From Tepidisphaeraceae bacterium (lineage in GTDB: Bacteria; Planctomycetota; Phycisphaerae; Tepidisphaerales; Tepidisphaeraceae), in assembly GCA_963702995.1 (NCBI GenBank), contig OY969783.1, positions 4,457,122 through 4,521,121 on the forward strand: a stretch of DNA of 64,000 nucleotides, written 5' to 3'. The notes under the pieces are model-generated. The model made no database searches, was not told the DNA's origin, and saw only the letters and a program-made list of their open reading frames with translations. The translations under genes and the position numbers were made by a program. This document shows positions 1 through 8,767 of this stretch, piece after piece. Positions within the stretch are counted from its first letter, which is position 1, and the number at the start of each line of letters is the position of its first letter.

Positions 1-1923
1 AACCAGGCTTTCGCAACGATCGTCGGCCGCCCGCCGGAACAGATGCTGGGAACGCGCGCTTCGCAGCTTGCCTGGCTCGACGACGCGGCCGCACCGCTCA
101 CCGACCGCACGGCCTTCCCCTGGGCGCAGGCGATCCAGGACGGTGAGCCGCGCCGCGGCATGATGATGCGGCTGCTGGATTCCACCGGCGATCGCCGCAC
201 CTTCAGCGTCAATTGCACACCGGTCCTGGGCGACTCGGGCAAGTACCGCGGCGTCCTGGCCAGCTTTGACGACGTGACCCTCCTGGAGCGAAAAGAAGTC
301 GAGCTCCGCAAGAGCAAGAATGCCGCCGAAGAGGCCAACCGCGCTAAGAGTGAATTCCTTGCCCGGATGAGCCACGAAATCCGGACGCCGATGAACGCGA
401 TCCTCGGCTTCGCCGACGTGCTGCGGCGCGGCTACGCCGAGACGGAGGCGGAACGACAGGAACACCTCGACACCATTCACTCGAGCGGGCAGCACCTGCT
501 GGACCTGATCAACGACATCCTGGACCTGTCCAAGATCGAGTCCGGCCGCCTCGAGATCGAAACGGACCCGTGCTCGCCCTACGCGCTGCTGTCGGAAGTG
601 CAATCGATCTTGTCGGTCCGCGCCGAGCAGAAGGGGATCGCGCTGCGGGTGGAGTGGGACGGGCCGGTGCCGGAGACGATCGAGACCGATGCCACGCGCC
701 TGCGCCAGGCGGTCACCAACCTGATCGGCAACGCGATCAAGTTCACCGAGCGCGGCTCGGTCCGGGTTGTCCCGCGCGTCGAGCGTAGGGGCGATGAAGC
801 CCGATTGGTCGTCAACGTGATCGACACCGGCATCGGCATGAAGCCCGAGGCGCTCGGCCGCATCTTTCAGCCCTTTGCCCAGGCGGATACGTCGATCACG
901 CGCCGGTTCGGCGGCACCGGGCTGGGGCTTTCGATCAGCCGCCAGATCGCCGAGGCGCTCGGCGGGAGCCTGACGGTGACGAGCGAGCCGGGCGCCGGGA
1001 GCACGTTCACGCTCGAGATCGGCATCGGCACGCTCGCCGGCGTTCGAATGCTCACCGCCGAAGCGGCGTCAAAAACCCTGGCGGCCGGCAAGGCGTCCGT
1101 GGCACAGTCCCTCACGCTGCCGCCGCTGAAGGTGCTCCTCGTCGAGGACGGCGTCTCCAACCGCAAACTGATCCAGCTCGTGCTCGGCCGCGCCGGCGTC
1201 ACCATCGACAGCGCGGAGGACGGTAAGACCGGAACCGAACTGGCCCTCCGCGGCAGCTACGACGTCATCCTGATGGACATGCAGATGCCGATCATGGATG
1301 GCTACACCGCCGCCCGCCTTCTGCGGAGCCGCGGATATGCCAAGCCGATCATCGCTCTCACGGCCCACGCGATGCGCGGCGATGAGGAGAAATGCCGTTC
1401 CGCCGGATGTAGCGGTTTCCTGACCAAGCCGATCGATATGGACCTCCTGGTCCGAACTGTCGGCGAGGCGGCCGGCGTCGTCGCGGAAGCGGCCGCGGCC
1501 CCGCCGCCGGCACCTCATTCGCAAGGCAAGGCCGGCACGAAGGCCCACGAAACAGGCGAAGCGGTCATCAAGTCGACCCTTCCAACGGCCGATCCTGAGT
1601 TCTGCGCCATCGTGGAAGAATTCATCGAGCGGCTGCAGAGCCAGTTGAAGGCAATGAACGACGCCTGGCAGGGCCAGGACCTGTCGCAGCTTGCCTCCCT
1701 TGCCCATTGGCTGAAGGGGTCGGGTGGGACAGCGGGTTTCGATGCCCTGACTTCGCCGGCGCGGAACCTGGAGCAGTTGTCACGGGACGGGCGGCTGGAA
1801 GAGATCGGCAGCGCCATAGGCGAATTGCAGCGGATCGCGAGCCGGATCGTTCCGCCGTCGGCGATCGAGAATGGCGGGAGCGGCGGCGGCCGCGACGAGA
1901 ATGGGCACGGGCTGGGCGTTTGA
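1..1923 (+). CDS. hybrid sensor histidine kinase (PAS - HisKA - HATPase_c - REC - HPt); 5' end cut by window edge
   Basis: Frame is open from nt 1; residues before the first ATG at 43 read QAFATIVGRPPEQMLG (PAS-like). H-box SHEIRTPMNAILGF, G2 box GTGLGLSISRQI, receiver with ILMDMQMP and LTKP, C-terminal HPt motif HWLKGSGGTAGF. Confidence 0.85.
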   Translation, partial: NQAFATIVGRPPEQMLGTRASQLAWLDDAAAPLTDRTAFPWAQAIQDGEPRRGMMMRLLDSTGDRRTFSVNCTPVLGDSGKYRGVLASFDDVTLLERKEVELRKSKNAAEEANRAKSEFLARMSHEIRTPMNAILGFADVLRRGYAETEAERQEHLDTIHSSGQHLLDLINDILDLSKIESGRLEIETDPCSPYALLSEVQSILSVRAEQKGIALRVEWDGPVPETIETDATRLRQAVTNLIGNAIKFTERGSVRVVPRVERRGDEARLVVNVIDTGIGMKPEALGRIFQPFAQADTSITRRFGGTGLGLSISRQIAEALGGSLTVTSEPGAGSTFTLEIGIGTLAGVRMLTAEAASKTLAAGKASVAQSLTLPPLKVLLVEDGVSNRKLIQLVLGRAGVTIDSAEDGKTGTELALRGSYDVILMDMQMPIMDGYTAARLLRSRGYAKPIIALTAHAMRGDEEKCRSAGCSGFLTKPIDMDLLVRTVGEAAGVVAEAAAAPPPAPHSQGKAGTKAHETGEAVIKSTLPTADPEFCAIVEEFIERLQSQLKAMNDAWQGQDLSQLASLAHWLKGSGGTAGFDALTSPARNLEQLSRDGRLEEIGSAIGELQRIASRIVPPSAIENGGSGGGRDENGHGLGV

Positions 1924-2059
1924 TCAAAGCACCCTGGCCACGCGGCGGCCCGAAGCAAGCCCACGCGTCGGTGGCGCCCGAACGTCGGACGCATTGCAAC
2001 TGTGCGGCGGGTCACTCCGCTGAGCGCCCGCAAGGTCCGCTTTGAGTCGAGTGTCGGAC

Positions 2060-3280
2060 ATGACTTTGACTGCCCCTCCAACTCAGACGATGCTCGGCTC
2101 CGCGAACGGCGCCTCGGCCGCGACCATGTTCGCCGACGCCGCCGGCCCGCACCGGCCTGGAGAGGCGGTAACGCCGAAGATCGCGATCGTCGATGACGAA
2201 CCGATCAACATCAAAGTCGTCCGCAAATACCTTCAGGGGGTTGGGTACAGCCAGTTTGTCACCACGTCGGATTCGACGACGGCGATGGGCCTGATCCGCG
2301 CGGAGATGCCCGATGTCGTCCTGCTCGACGTCATGATGCCGCAGGTCGATGGGATTCAGATCCTTCGCATGATCCGCGCCGACGAGCGGCTTCGATATGT
2401 GCCCGTCCTGATCCTGACCGCGTCCACCGATTCCGAGACCAAGAGCCGCGCGCTGGAGTCGGGGGCGACGGACTTCCTTGCCAAGCCGGTTGACGCGGGC
2501 GACCTGATCCCGCGGCTGCGCAACGCGTTGATCGTCAAGGCCCACCATGACCATCTGGCCCGCTACTCCGAACAGCTCGAGATGCAGGTCCGGCAACGCA
2601 CGGCCGAACTGGAGGCGTCGCGGCTCCAGGTGATTCATTGCCTCGCGTGCGCCGCCGAACTGCGCGATGACGTGACCGGCCGCCATGTCATCCGGGTCGG
2701 GCGGTACGTCGCCATCCTGGCGGCGACGCTGGGCTTTGCGAAGCCGGAGGCCGCGATGCTCGGAACGGCGGCGCAGCTCCACGATGTCGGCAAGATCGGC
2801 CTGCCGGACTCGATCCTCCTGAAGCCCGGGCCGCTCAGCGCGGCCGAGCGGGATCAGATGAAGCGGCACTGCGAGATCGGGCATCGGATCGTGCAGCCCC
2901 CGGCAAACGCCGAGACCTGGACGGTCCCGGTGGAATTCGGCCTCCCCGCGGGCGAGCTTCCCCAGGCGTCGCACCCGTTGCTCGACCTGGCGGCAAGCAT
3001 CGCATTGACGCATCACGAGTGGTGGGATGGCTCCGGCTATCCGCGTCGCCTGGCGGGGGAGGGCATCCCGATGGCGGGCCGCATCACGGCGGTCGCCGAT
3101 GTGTTCGACGCGCTTTCCAGTGCCCGGCCCTACAAAAAGGGGTACCCGGTGGATCAGTGCCTGAAAATCATGAGCGACGAGCAGGCCCGCCACTTCGACC
3201 CGCGCGTTTTCGATGCGTTGTTGCGGTGCATCGATCGGATCCTGCAGGTTCAAGCGGATTATCCGGACGTCGCATCCTGA
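2060..3280 (+). CDS. response regulator with REC domain fused to HD-GYP c-di-GMP phosphodiesterase (RpfG-like)
   Basis: N-terminal receiver (IAIVDDEP...VLLDVMMP...LAKP); HD motif HDVGKIGLPD; GYP motif HHEWWDGSGYP. ATG at 2060 preferred over the TTG at 2042 given by the ORF track. Confidence 0.85.
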   Translation: MTLTAPPTQTMLGSANGASAATMFADAAGPHRPGEAVTPKIAIVDDEPINIKVVRKYLQGVGYSQFVTTSDSTTAMGLIRAEMPDVVLLDVMMPQVDGIQILRMIRADERLRYVPVLILTASTDSETKSRALESGATDFLAKPVDAGDLIPRLRNALIVKAHHDHLARYSEQLEMQVRQRTAELEASRLQVIHCLACAAELRDDVTGRHVIRVGRYVAILAATLGFAKPEAAMLGTAAQLHDVGKIGLPDSILLKPGPLSAAERDQMKRHCEIGHRIVQPPANAETWTVPVEFGLPAGELPQASHPLLDLAASIALTHHEWWDGSGYPRRLAGEGIPMAGRITAVADVFDALSSARPYKKGYPVDQCLKIMSDEQARHFDPRVFDALLRCIDRILQVQADYPDVAS

Positions 3281-3404
3281 GCATGAAACGCGTAAAAAGC
3301 GGCTCGGCCCCAGGTCTTGATTACAAATGCGTCAAGTTGGAACGATTCGGATCCGATATGACCTTTGGAAGGGGCGCGAACCTTCAGTACCCTCGGAGCG
3401 AACG

Positions 3405-3605
3405 ATGGAACGAGATGACCGGCGGGCCGAGGCGGGGGAGGGGCACATTTCTCTCCTTCGCCGGCTCGCGTCCGACGAGTCCGGGGGGGAAGTGCTGGAA
3501 TACGCGCTGATCGCGGGCTTGATTGTCGTCGCCGCCATCGCGTCCATCAGCGCCGTTGGCACCAAGGTGCTCGCGCGTTGGACGTCCCTCAAGAACTCGG
3601 TCTGA
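3405..3605 (+). CDS. flp: Flp family type IVb (Tad) pilin
   Basis: 66-aa product ending GGEVLEYALIAGLIVVAAIASISAVGTKV. Prepilin motif G/xxxxEY followed by a hydrophobic helix. GGAG Shine-Dalgarno 6 nt upstream of the ATG at 3405. Confidence 0.7.
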   Translation: MERDDRRAEAGEGHISLLRRLASDESGGEVLEYALIAGLIVVAAIASISAVGTKVLARWTSLKNSV

Positions 3606-3667
3606 TGTACGCCGCGATGCGTTGCTTCTCTGGAAGCTCGCGGTGGGCGAAAAAGAAAAGCGAGCCG

Positions 3668-3700
3668 GGCGACTGTGGGATCGCCCGGCTCGCGTGCCTA
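3668..3700 (-). terminator. putative intrinsic terminator of the sigma factor gene
   Basis: GAGCCGGGCGA-loop-TCGCCCGGCTC hairpin. On the minus strand it is followed by a U-rich tract (complement of gaaaaagaaaag). Lies between convergent flp and the sigma gene. Confidence 0.4.
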
Positions 3701-3738
3701 CGCCTGACGCTTTCGCGCCAGCCATCTCTTCGGGCCCA

Positions 3739-4758
3739 TTACGCTCTGGGGGCCGTCGCTGGGAACTCGTGCGCGAAACCATCGCCCGATGCGTCAGCGC
3801 GCTCTTCATCGGCCGACCGCGGCTTGTTCCGCAAGACGCCTTCTTCCATCACGTTTCGGATCTTGGCGAGCGCCTTGTTCTGAATCTGGCGCACGCGCTC
3901 CTTCGTCACCCCGATAATCGCCCCCACCTCTTCAAGCGTCAGCGGATGCTCTTCCTGCTGCTCCCAGTTGAAGCGGCGTCGGATGACCGTCTCTTCCACG
4001 TTGGAAAGGTCGGCCAGGTTACGATCGACGATCGCCTTCAACTCGTCGATGCAATCTTCCTCAACCGCATCGCGCCGGCGATCCTGCCAGTCGCTCTTCT
4101 CCATGTCCGGCTCGAACTCGACCGGGAAGCGGCTCTTGTGCCGGTTGGACTTCAGAGCGGTGCGGCTGAATGCCTTCAGGATCGCGCGGCACGCATACGT
4201 GCTGAACTTGAAGCCGCGATCCACGCTGAACTTATCCACCGCGCGGATCAGCGCCATGTTCCCTTCGCTGACCACCTCGGCGAAGTCAACGTCGCCCAGT
4301 CGCGTTCGCTTGGCCATCGCCAGCACCAGGGCGAGGTTGGTCCGCACCAGGTACTCGCGGAAATGCTCGAAACGGCGATGCCATTCGAGGAACTGCTCGG
4401 CCAATTCCCGCGTAAGGCCGTCCTGCTTGATCTTCTCCTGTACCTTCGACAGCTTCAGCTTGGAGAAGTTGAAGCGCATGAACATCAGGCGCTCTTCCTT
4501 CGCCGTCATCAACTGTGGCGCGCCGGAGATGGTTTCGTCCACCGCCTCATCGCGCGTCGGCTGATACCAACTGGTCAGCGGTAGTTCCGGCTCTTTGTCG
4601 AAGTCGAACAGACGTTGCTCGATGTCCTTTTCGGTAAAGACCGGGCTATCCATGAATGCGTACGATTCTTCGAGCAGGCCTTCCACCTTCTGCCGCATCA
4701 CGCGGGGGATAGGAGTGGCTCGAGGAGTCCGGACGCTCTTGGTTGTCAATGTCGCCAT
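3739..4758 (-). CDS. RNA polymerase sigma-70 family sigma factor (group 2/3-like)
   Basis: Region 2 (NLALVLAMAKR...MALIRAVDKFSVDRGFKFSTYA) and region 4 HTH (LTLEEVGAIIGVTKERVRQIQNKALAKIR). Start placed at ATG 4758 (MATLTTKS); the ORF extends to 4860. Confidence 0.8.
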   Translation of the reverse strand: MATLTTKSVRTPRATPIPRVMRQKVEGLLEESYAFMDSPVFTEKDIEQRLFDFDKEPELPLTSWYQPTRDEAVDETISGAPQLMTAKEERLMFMRFNFSKLKLSKVQEKIKQDGLTRELAEQFLEWHRRFEHFREYLVRTNLALVLAMAKRTRLGDVDFAEVVSEGNMALIRAVDKFSVDRGFKFSTYACRAILKAFSRTALKSNRHKSRFPVEFEPDMEKSDWQDRRRDAVEEDCIDELKAIVDRNLADLSNVEETVIRRRFNWEQQEEHPLTLEEVGAIIGVTKERVRQIQNKALAKIRNVMEEGVLRNKPRSADEERADASGDGFAHEFPATAPRA

Positions 4759-5081
4759 GGCCGCCCTCACTTTCTGGGCTTGCCGCGGTTTCGCGGCCGT
4801 TTGTTTCGCTACAACTTCGCGGTGGCTGACGTTCCGTCGCCGAGTGCATGATTCGTCCACCAGTCAACCACCTTCCTTCAATACGCCCTGCGCGGCCAGC
4901 GGTTCATCGCATAAAGCGTATGTGACGAACGATTTACGCCAGAATTTATAACCGCCAGAAATTTCAGGCCCCACTGGACACCTGTGCAGACTATATTCGT
5001 TTCCGCAGCAATTTTGGCAGATAAAACGCTGTTTCAACACTGTTTGGTCAACGTCGCAAGATCGATACCGACCTATTTCAA

Positions 5082-5706
5082 ATGATGTCATCCGAGGCCG
5101 CGTTACCGGGGTCATCCTTGAAAAAGCTCTGTTTCGGCGGGAGCTTCAACCCGCCGCATCACGGCCATCTCATCTGTGCCCGCGCGGTTGCCGAGGCCGC
5201 CGGTTTCCACCGGGTCGTCCTCATTCCCAGTGCCCGGCCGCCGCACAAATCGGGCGATGCGATCGCGTCAGCGGCCGATCGCCTCGCCATGTGCCGGGCG
5301 GCCATCGCCGATGACCCGTTGTTCGAGGTTAACGACCTGGAACTCTCTCGCGACGGCCCCTCCTACACCGTTGACACCGCCCGCGGACTCCTCGCCTCAG
5401 GGTGGAGCGACGTCTCATGGCTGATTGGCGGGGACAGCGTGGCCAATCTGCCAACTTGGCACGAAGCCGACGCGCTTTTGAACCTGATCCAGTTCGTCGT
5501 TATGGCACGGCCGGGTTGGGCGCTGCCCGTGGGAAACCCTTCCCGCGGCGTTGCAACCCCTGCGGCATCAGGTGGTCCGAGCGCCGCTGATCGATATCAG
5601 CGCCACCGACATCCGCGAGCGCATCCGGGTCGGTCAACCCATCGACTACCTGTTGCCACAGCGCGTCATTCAGTACATCGAATGCCGTGGGCTCTACCTG
5701 GGCTAA
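5082..5706 (+). CDS. nadD: nicotinate-nucleotide adenylyltransferase NadD, apparent +1 frameshift near 5525-5550
   Basis: N-terminal GGSFNPPHHGH (HxGH) in frame 0 through FVVMARPGW. The C-terminal LQPLRHQVVRAPLIDISATDIRERIRVGQPIDYLLPQRVIQYIECRGLYLG* is in frame +1 and ends at 5704-5706. The ORF-track frame continues as low-complexity junk to 5795. Confidence 0.8.
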
Positions 5707-6225
5707 TCCAAGGGCTACTCGGAAGGCCAATACCGGCCAAAACGGCCGCCGATTCGCGCGCAGTCACCCGCCTGCATGTCGCGGACACCAATTGAGGCTC
5801 GGAAGGTCGGGTGGCGCTGAGGTCTGATTGCCGCCTTGGCATTCAGTCGCGCCGGTGCGTGTGGGTCGGGCTCAACCGCGAACCCTTACGAGACATTCCC
5901 AAAGAGTAGACGGCCAGCCTATCCCGAATCTGACACGTTCCTTTAGCAATCGTCAGGGCCGCCCAATCCGTCGGCTCGCCGCCGCCGTGAGCGAGGGTAG
6001 AGCGTCTGCGCGACGGTCGCCACTTCACGAGGCATTCTTGCACACCACGTCCAGTGGCCGTTCACGCGCGCTGTGACGCGTGTGCGGGCTCGACCGGCAA
6101 CCGCACGCCGCTTGCGGAATCACGGCTCCCACCGCCATCGTCGCGATGCTACCCCTCTGCGGCCTTTGCGATTACAACGTTGCGGCCGCGCCGGATCGAG
6201 AGGCTCGGCACGGAGAGCACGCCGC

Positions 6226-7611
6226 GTGGTCAATCTGTATGACATCGCCTATGGGGCCGCCGTTGTCGCCGCCGCCCCATACTGGCTGATCGCGCCCAAG
6301 GCCAGGCGGAAGGTGGCTGCCGCTTTCCGACACCGCCTCGGCCGCGATATCCCCGAACTTTCCCCAGGCGGCACGGTCGTCTGGGTTCATGCCGTCAGTG
6401 TCGGAGAAGTCAACGCAACGCCTGCGCTCGTCAAAACATTGCTCGATGCCCGCGCCGGGCTGCGTATCGTTGTCAGCACGACCACAGAAACGGGCCACGC
6501 CCGCGGCGGGCAGCTCTTTGGCGGCAACGGCCGCGTCACGCTGATCCGATTCCCGCTCGACTTCAGCTCCGCCATCGACCGCGCGCTGACGCGCCTGCGT
6601 CCGGCGGCCGTCGCCCTGATGGAGCTGGAGGTCTGGCCGAACCTGGTCGCCCGATGCCACGAACGCGGTATCCCCGTCCTGGTCGTCAACGGCCGCCTGA
6701 CCGAATACAGCTTCAACGGGTATCGGCGGCTCAAGCCGCTGATCGCCCCCACTTTCGCCCGATTGAGCGCCGTCGGCGCCCAGGACGAGACGTTCGCCGC
6801 CCGCTTCATCGCACTCGGCACGCCGCCCGAGCGGGTTCGGGTGACCGGGACGATGAAGTTCGACACGGCCCAGGTCGCCGATACGATCGACGGAGCCGAT
6901 GCGCTCGCCGCGGCCGTGGCGCTGAGGCCCGACGCCGAACCCATCTTTGTCGCCGGATCGACCGGGCCGGGCGAAGAGCAGATCCTGCTGACCGTCTACC
7001 GCGCCCTGCTCCAACGCCATCCCACCCTGCGGCTGGTGATCGTCCCCCGTCACCCGCCACGCTTTGATGAAGTGGCCGGCCTGATCGAGCGGGAAGGCTT
7101 CCCCCTCCTCCGCCGCTCACGCCCGGCTGGTGGTACGGGGATCGGCGACCCGCTGGCTGCGCCGATGCCTTCGACGCCTCGGGACCCGGGGAACGCCTTG
7201 ATATCTAACGAGCTCCCGCGGCCGGTGGTCCTGGGCGACACGATGGGCGAGTTGCGAAAGTTCTACGCCCTGGCGACGGTCGTCTTCGTCGGCCGCACGC
7301 TCATCGACTTAGGCCCCCGACAACGCGGCAGCGACATGATCGAACCGGCCGCCCTGGGCCGTCCGACGATCGTTGGCCCCTGGACGCAAAATTTTGCCGA
7401 CGCCATGTCCCATTTCCGCGCCGTCGATGCGATCCGCGTCGTGACCGGCGCCGCCCAACTTGAATCCGCCGTCGGCGACGCCCTGGCCGACCCCGCCACC
7501 GCCGCCACCCTCGGCCGCCGCGCCCGGGACACCGTCCGCTCCCAACAAGGCGCCACCGCCCGCCACGCCGAAATGATCCTCTCCAGCCTCGCCAACCCCG
7601 CGGCCCACTAA
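6226..7611 (+). CDS. waaA: 3-deoxy-D-manno-octulosonic acid (Kdo) transferase
   Basis: KdtA N-terminal signature VWVHAVSVGEVNATPALVKTL plus glycosyltransferase fold. Start placed at in-frame GTG 6226 (VVNLYDIAYG); the 6073 ATG adds 50 aa of Arg-rich junk. Confidence 0.75.
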   Translation: MVNLYDIAYGAAVVAAAPYWLIAPKARRKVAAAFRHRLGRDIPELSPGGTVVWVHAVSVGEVNATPALVKTLLDARAGLRIVVSTTTETGHARGGQLFGGNGRVTLIRFPLDFSSAIDRALTRLRPAAVALMELEVWPNLVARCHERGIPVLVVNGRLTEYSFNGYRRLKPLIAPTFARLSAVGAQDETFAARFIALGTPPERVRVTGTMKFDTAQVADTIDGADALAAAVALRPDAEPIFVAGSTGPGEEQILLTVYRALLQRHPTLRLVIVPRHPPRFDEVAGLIEREGFPLLRRSRPAGGTGIGDPLAAPMPSTPRDPGNALISNELPRPVVLGDTMGELRKFYALATVVFVGRTLIDLGPRQRGSDMIEPAALGRPTIVGPWTQNFADAMSHFRAVDAIRVVTGAAQLESAVGDALADPATAATLGRRARDTVRSQQGATARHAEMILSSLANPAAH

Positions 7612-8585
7612 AAAGGGTCAGAAGGTATTCCCCCAAAAGATAATACCTCCAGACCCCTTTTTGCTGCCCCGCGCTTCGTAAAGGGGTCAGAAGGTATTTC
7701 CGGGAAAATACCTTCTGACCCCTTTACGTGCGTTGGAAGCGCCCCGCGAAGCCGTCGATGTTCAGGCCGACCTGTCCGGGGAAGTGTCGGCGCGCAACGG
7801 GCAGCGATTGCGTCTCGGTAGGCGAGCGCGGTCGAGCGCGGATCGACTTCGGCCATGGCGATCGGCAGTGACGTCCGGCGGGTGCGGCCGCCGTCGCGGG
7901 AGCCGTCGCCGCCGATGTAGTGGTCGATCACGACGGCGTCGGCCACCACAGACAGCCGGCCGAAGAACCGGTCAGGGTTGTCGATCGGGAGCAGGGGGGA
8001 CACCGTCACCACCGTCCGCAGGCCGGCCGCCTTGAGACGCCCGCACGCGTCGATTCGGTTGGCCACGGGGCTGGCCGACGGGGGAAGGCCGGGAAGACGA
8101 TCGCGATCGGATTCGATGCTCACATGCAGCCGAAGCTCGCAGCGCGCGGCCAGCGTTCGGTAGTGATCCATGTAGTCGGCGATGTGGTGCGAGTGGGATT
8201 GCAGGATCAGCAGGTCGGGCGGGCGGTCAACCATCGCCTCGAGCACGCGCCGGGTCACGTGCTCGGTTCGCTCCAGCGGCTGAAAAGGCTCGGTGGAACT
8301 GGAGAGGAAGATGCCGAATCGCCCGCTCGTCCGCCGGGCAAAGGCGCGCTCGGTGTCGTACTCGGCGACGTAGGCCTCGGCGGCGTTGGTGCGGGCCTCG
8401 ACGAAGCTCCCCCACACTTTCCCCCGAGTGATCAGCCCATTATGCCGAACGTAGCAGCCGACGCCGCACAGGCTGTTGCCCAGGGCGCAGCCGCGATAGG
8501 GTTGAAGGGAATGCGAGCTGACGGTCGTCAGGAACCCGCTCGTACGCGTCAGGATGCGGCCGATGGTCGTCCGAGTCGTCTCCAC
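7608..8585 (-). CDS. radical SAM domain protein (SplB/COG1533 DNA-photolyase-like family)
   Basis: HSLQPYRGCALGNSLCGVGCY cysteine cluster near the N-terminus and a TIM-barrel-like remainder. The 3' end reads through the hairpin pair and its stop overlaps the waaA stop. A -1-frame stop at 7724-7726 would end it just before the hairpins, so the 3' end is uncertain. Confidence 0.5.
   Translation of the reverse strand: METTRTTIGRILTRTSGFLTTVSSHSLQPYRGCALGNSLCGVGCYVRHNGLITRGKVWGSFVEARTNAAEAYVAEYDTERAFARRTSGRFGIFLSSSTEPFQPLERTEHVTRRVLEAMVDRPPDLLILQSHSHHIADYMDHYRTLAARCELRLHVSIESDRDRLPGLPPSASPVANRIDACGRLKAAGLRTVVTVSPLLPIDNPDRFFGRLSVVADAVVIDHYIGGDGSRDGGRTRRTSLPIAMAEVDPRSTALAYRDAIAARCAPTLPRTGRPEHRRLRGALPTHVKGSEGIFPEIPSDPFTKRGAAKRGLEVLSFGGIPSDPF
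7614..7727. terminator. two tandem hairpins between convergent waaA and the radical SAM gene (bidirectional terminator candidate)
   Basis: 7614-7662: imperfect GGGTCAGAAGGTATT / AATACCTCCAGACCC stem followed by T5. 7683-7722: near-perfect GGGGTCAGAAGGTATTTCC / GGAAAATACCTTCTGACCCC stem flanked by GTAAA...TTTAC. Confidence 0.5.
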
Positions 8586-8629
8586 CGCACAACGATAGGC
8601 CGGCGGAAAAAGAGCCGCATGACTCTCTA

Positions 8630-8700
8630 CCCCCGGCGAAAAAATCCTAAATCCGAAGCGCGAAATCCGAAAGGAAGGATCAAGGCGAGGAGAAGCAGAA
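8630..8700. repeat. AT-richer palindromic intergenic element, family cgaaatccgaagg (copy 1 of 3)
   Basis: aaatccgaagcgcgaaatccgaaaggaagg...; related copies at 23385-23520 and 50985-51140. Confidence 0.4.
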
Positions 8701-8767
8701 ATCAGACGCGAAGGAAGATTTGCTGTCCGTGCTTTCCGGGAGGTCCGTCACCCAATATCGAGCGTCC

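Noticed and set aside
2012-3253. 413-aa minus-strand ORF
   Set aside because: Antisense to the HD-GYP response regulator; Arg/Pro/Gly junk composition.
3523-4584. 353-aa plus-strand ORF
   Set aside because: Antisense to the sigma-70 factor gene, which has clear region 2/4 motifs.
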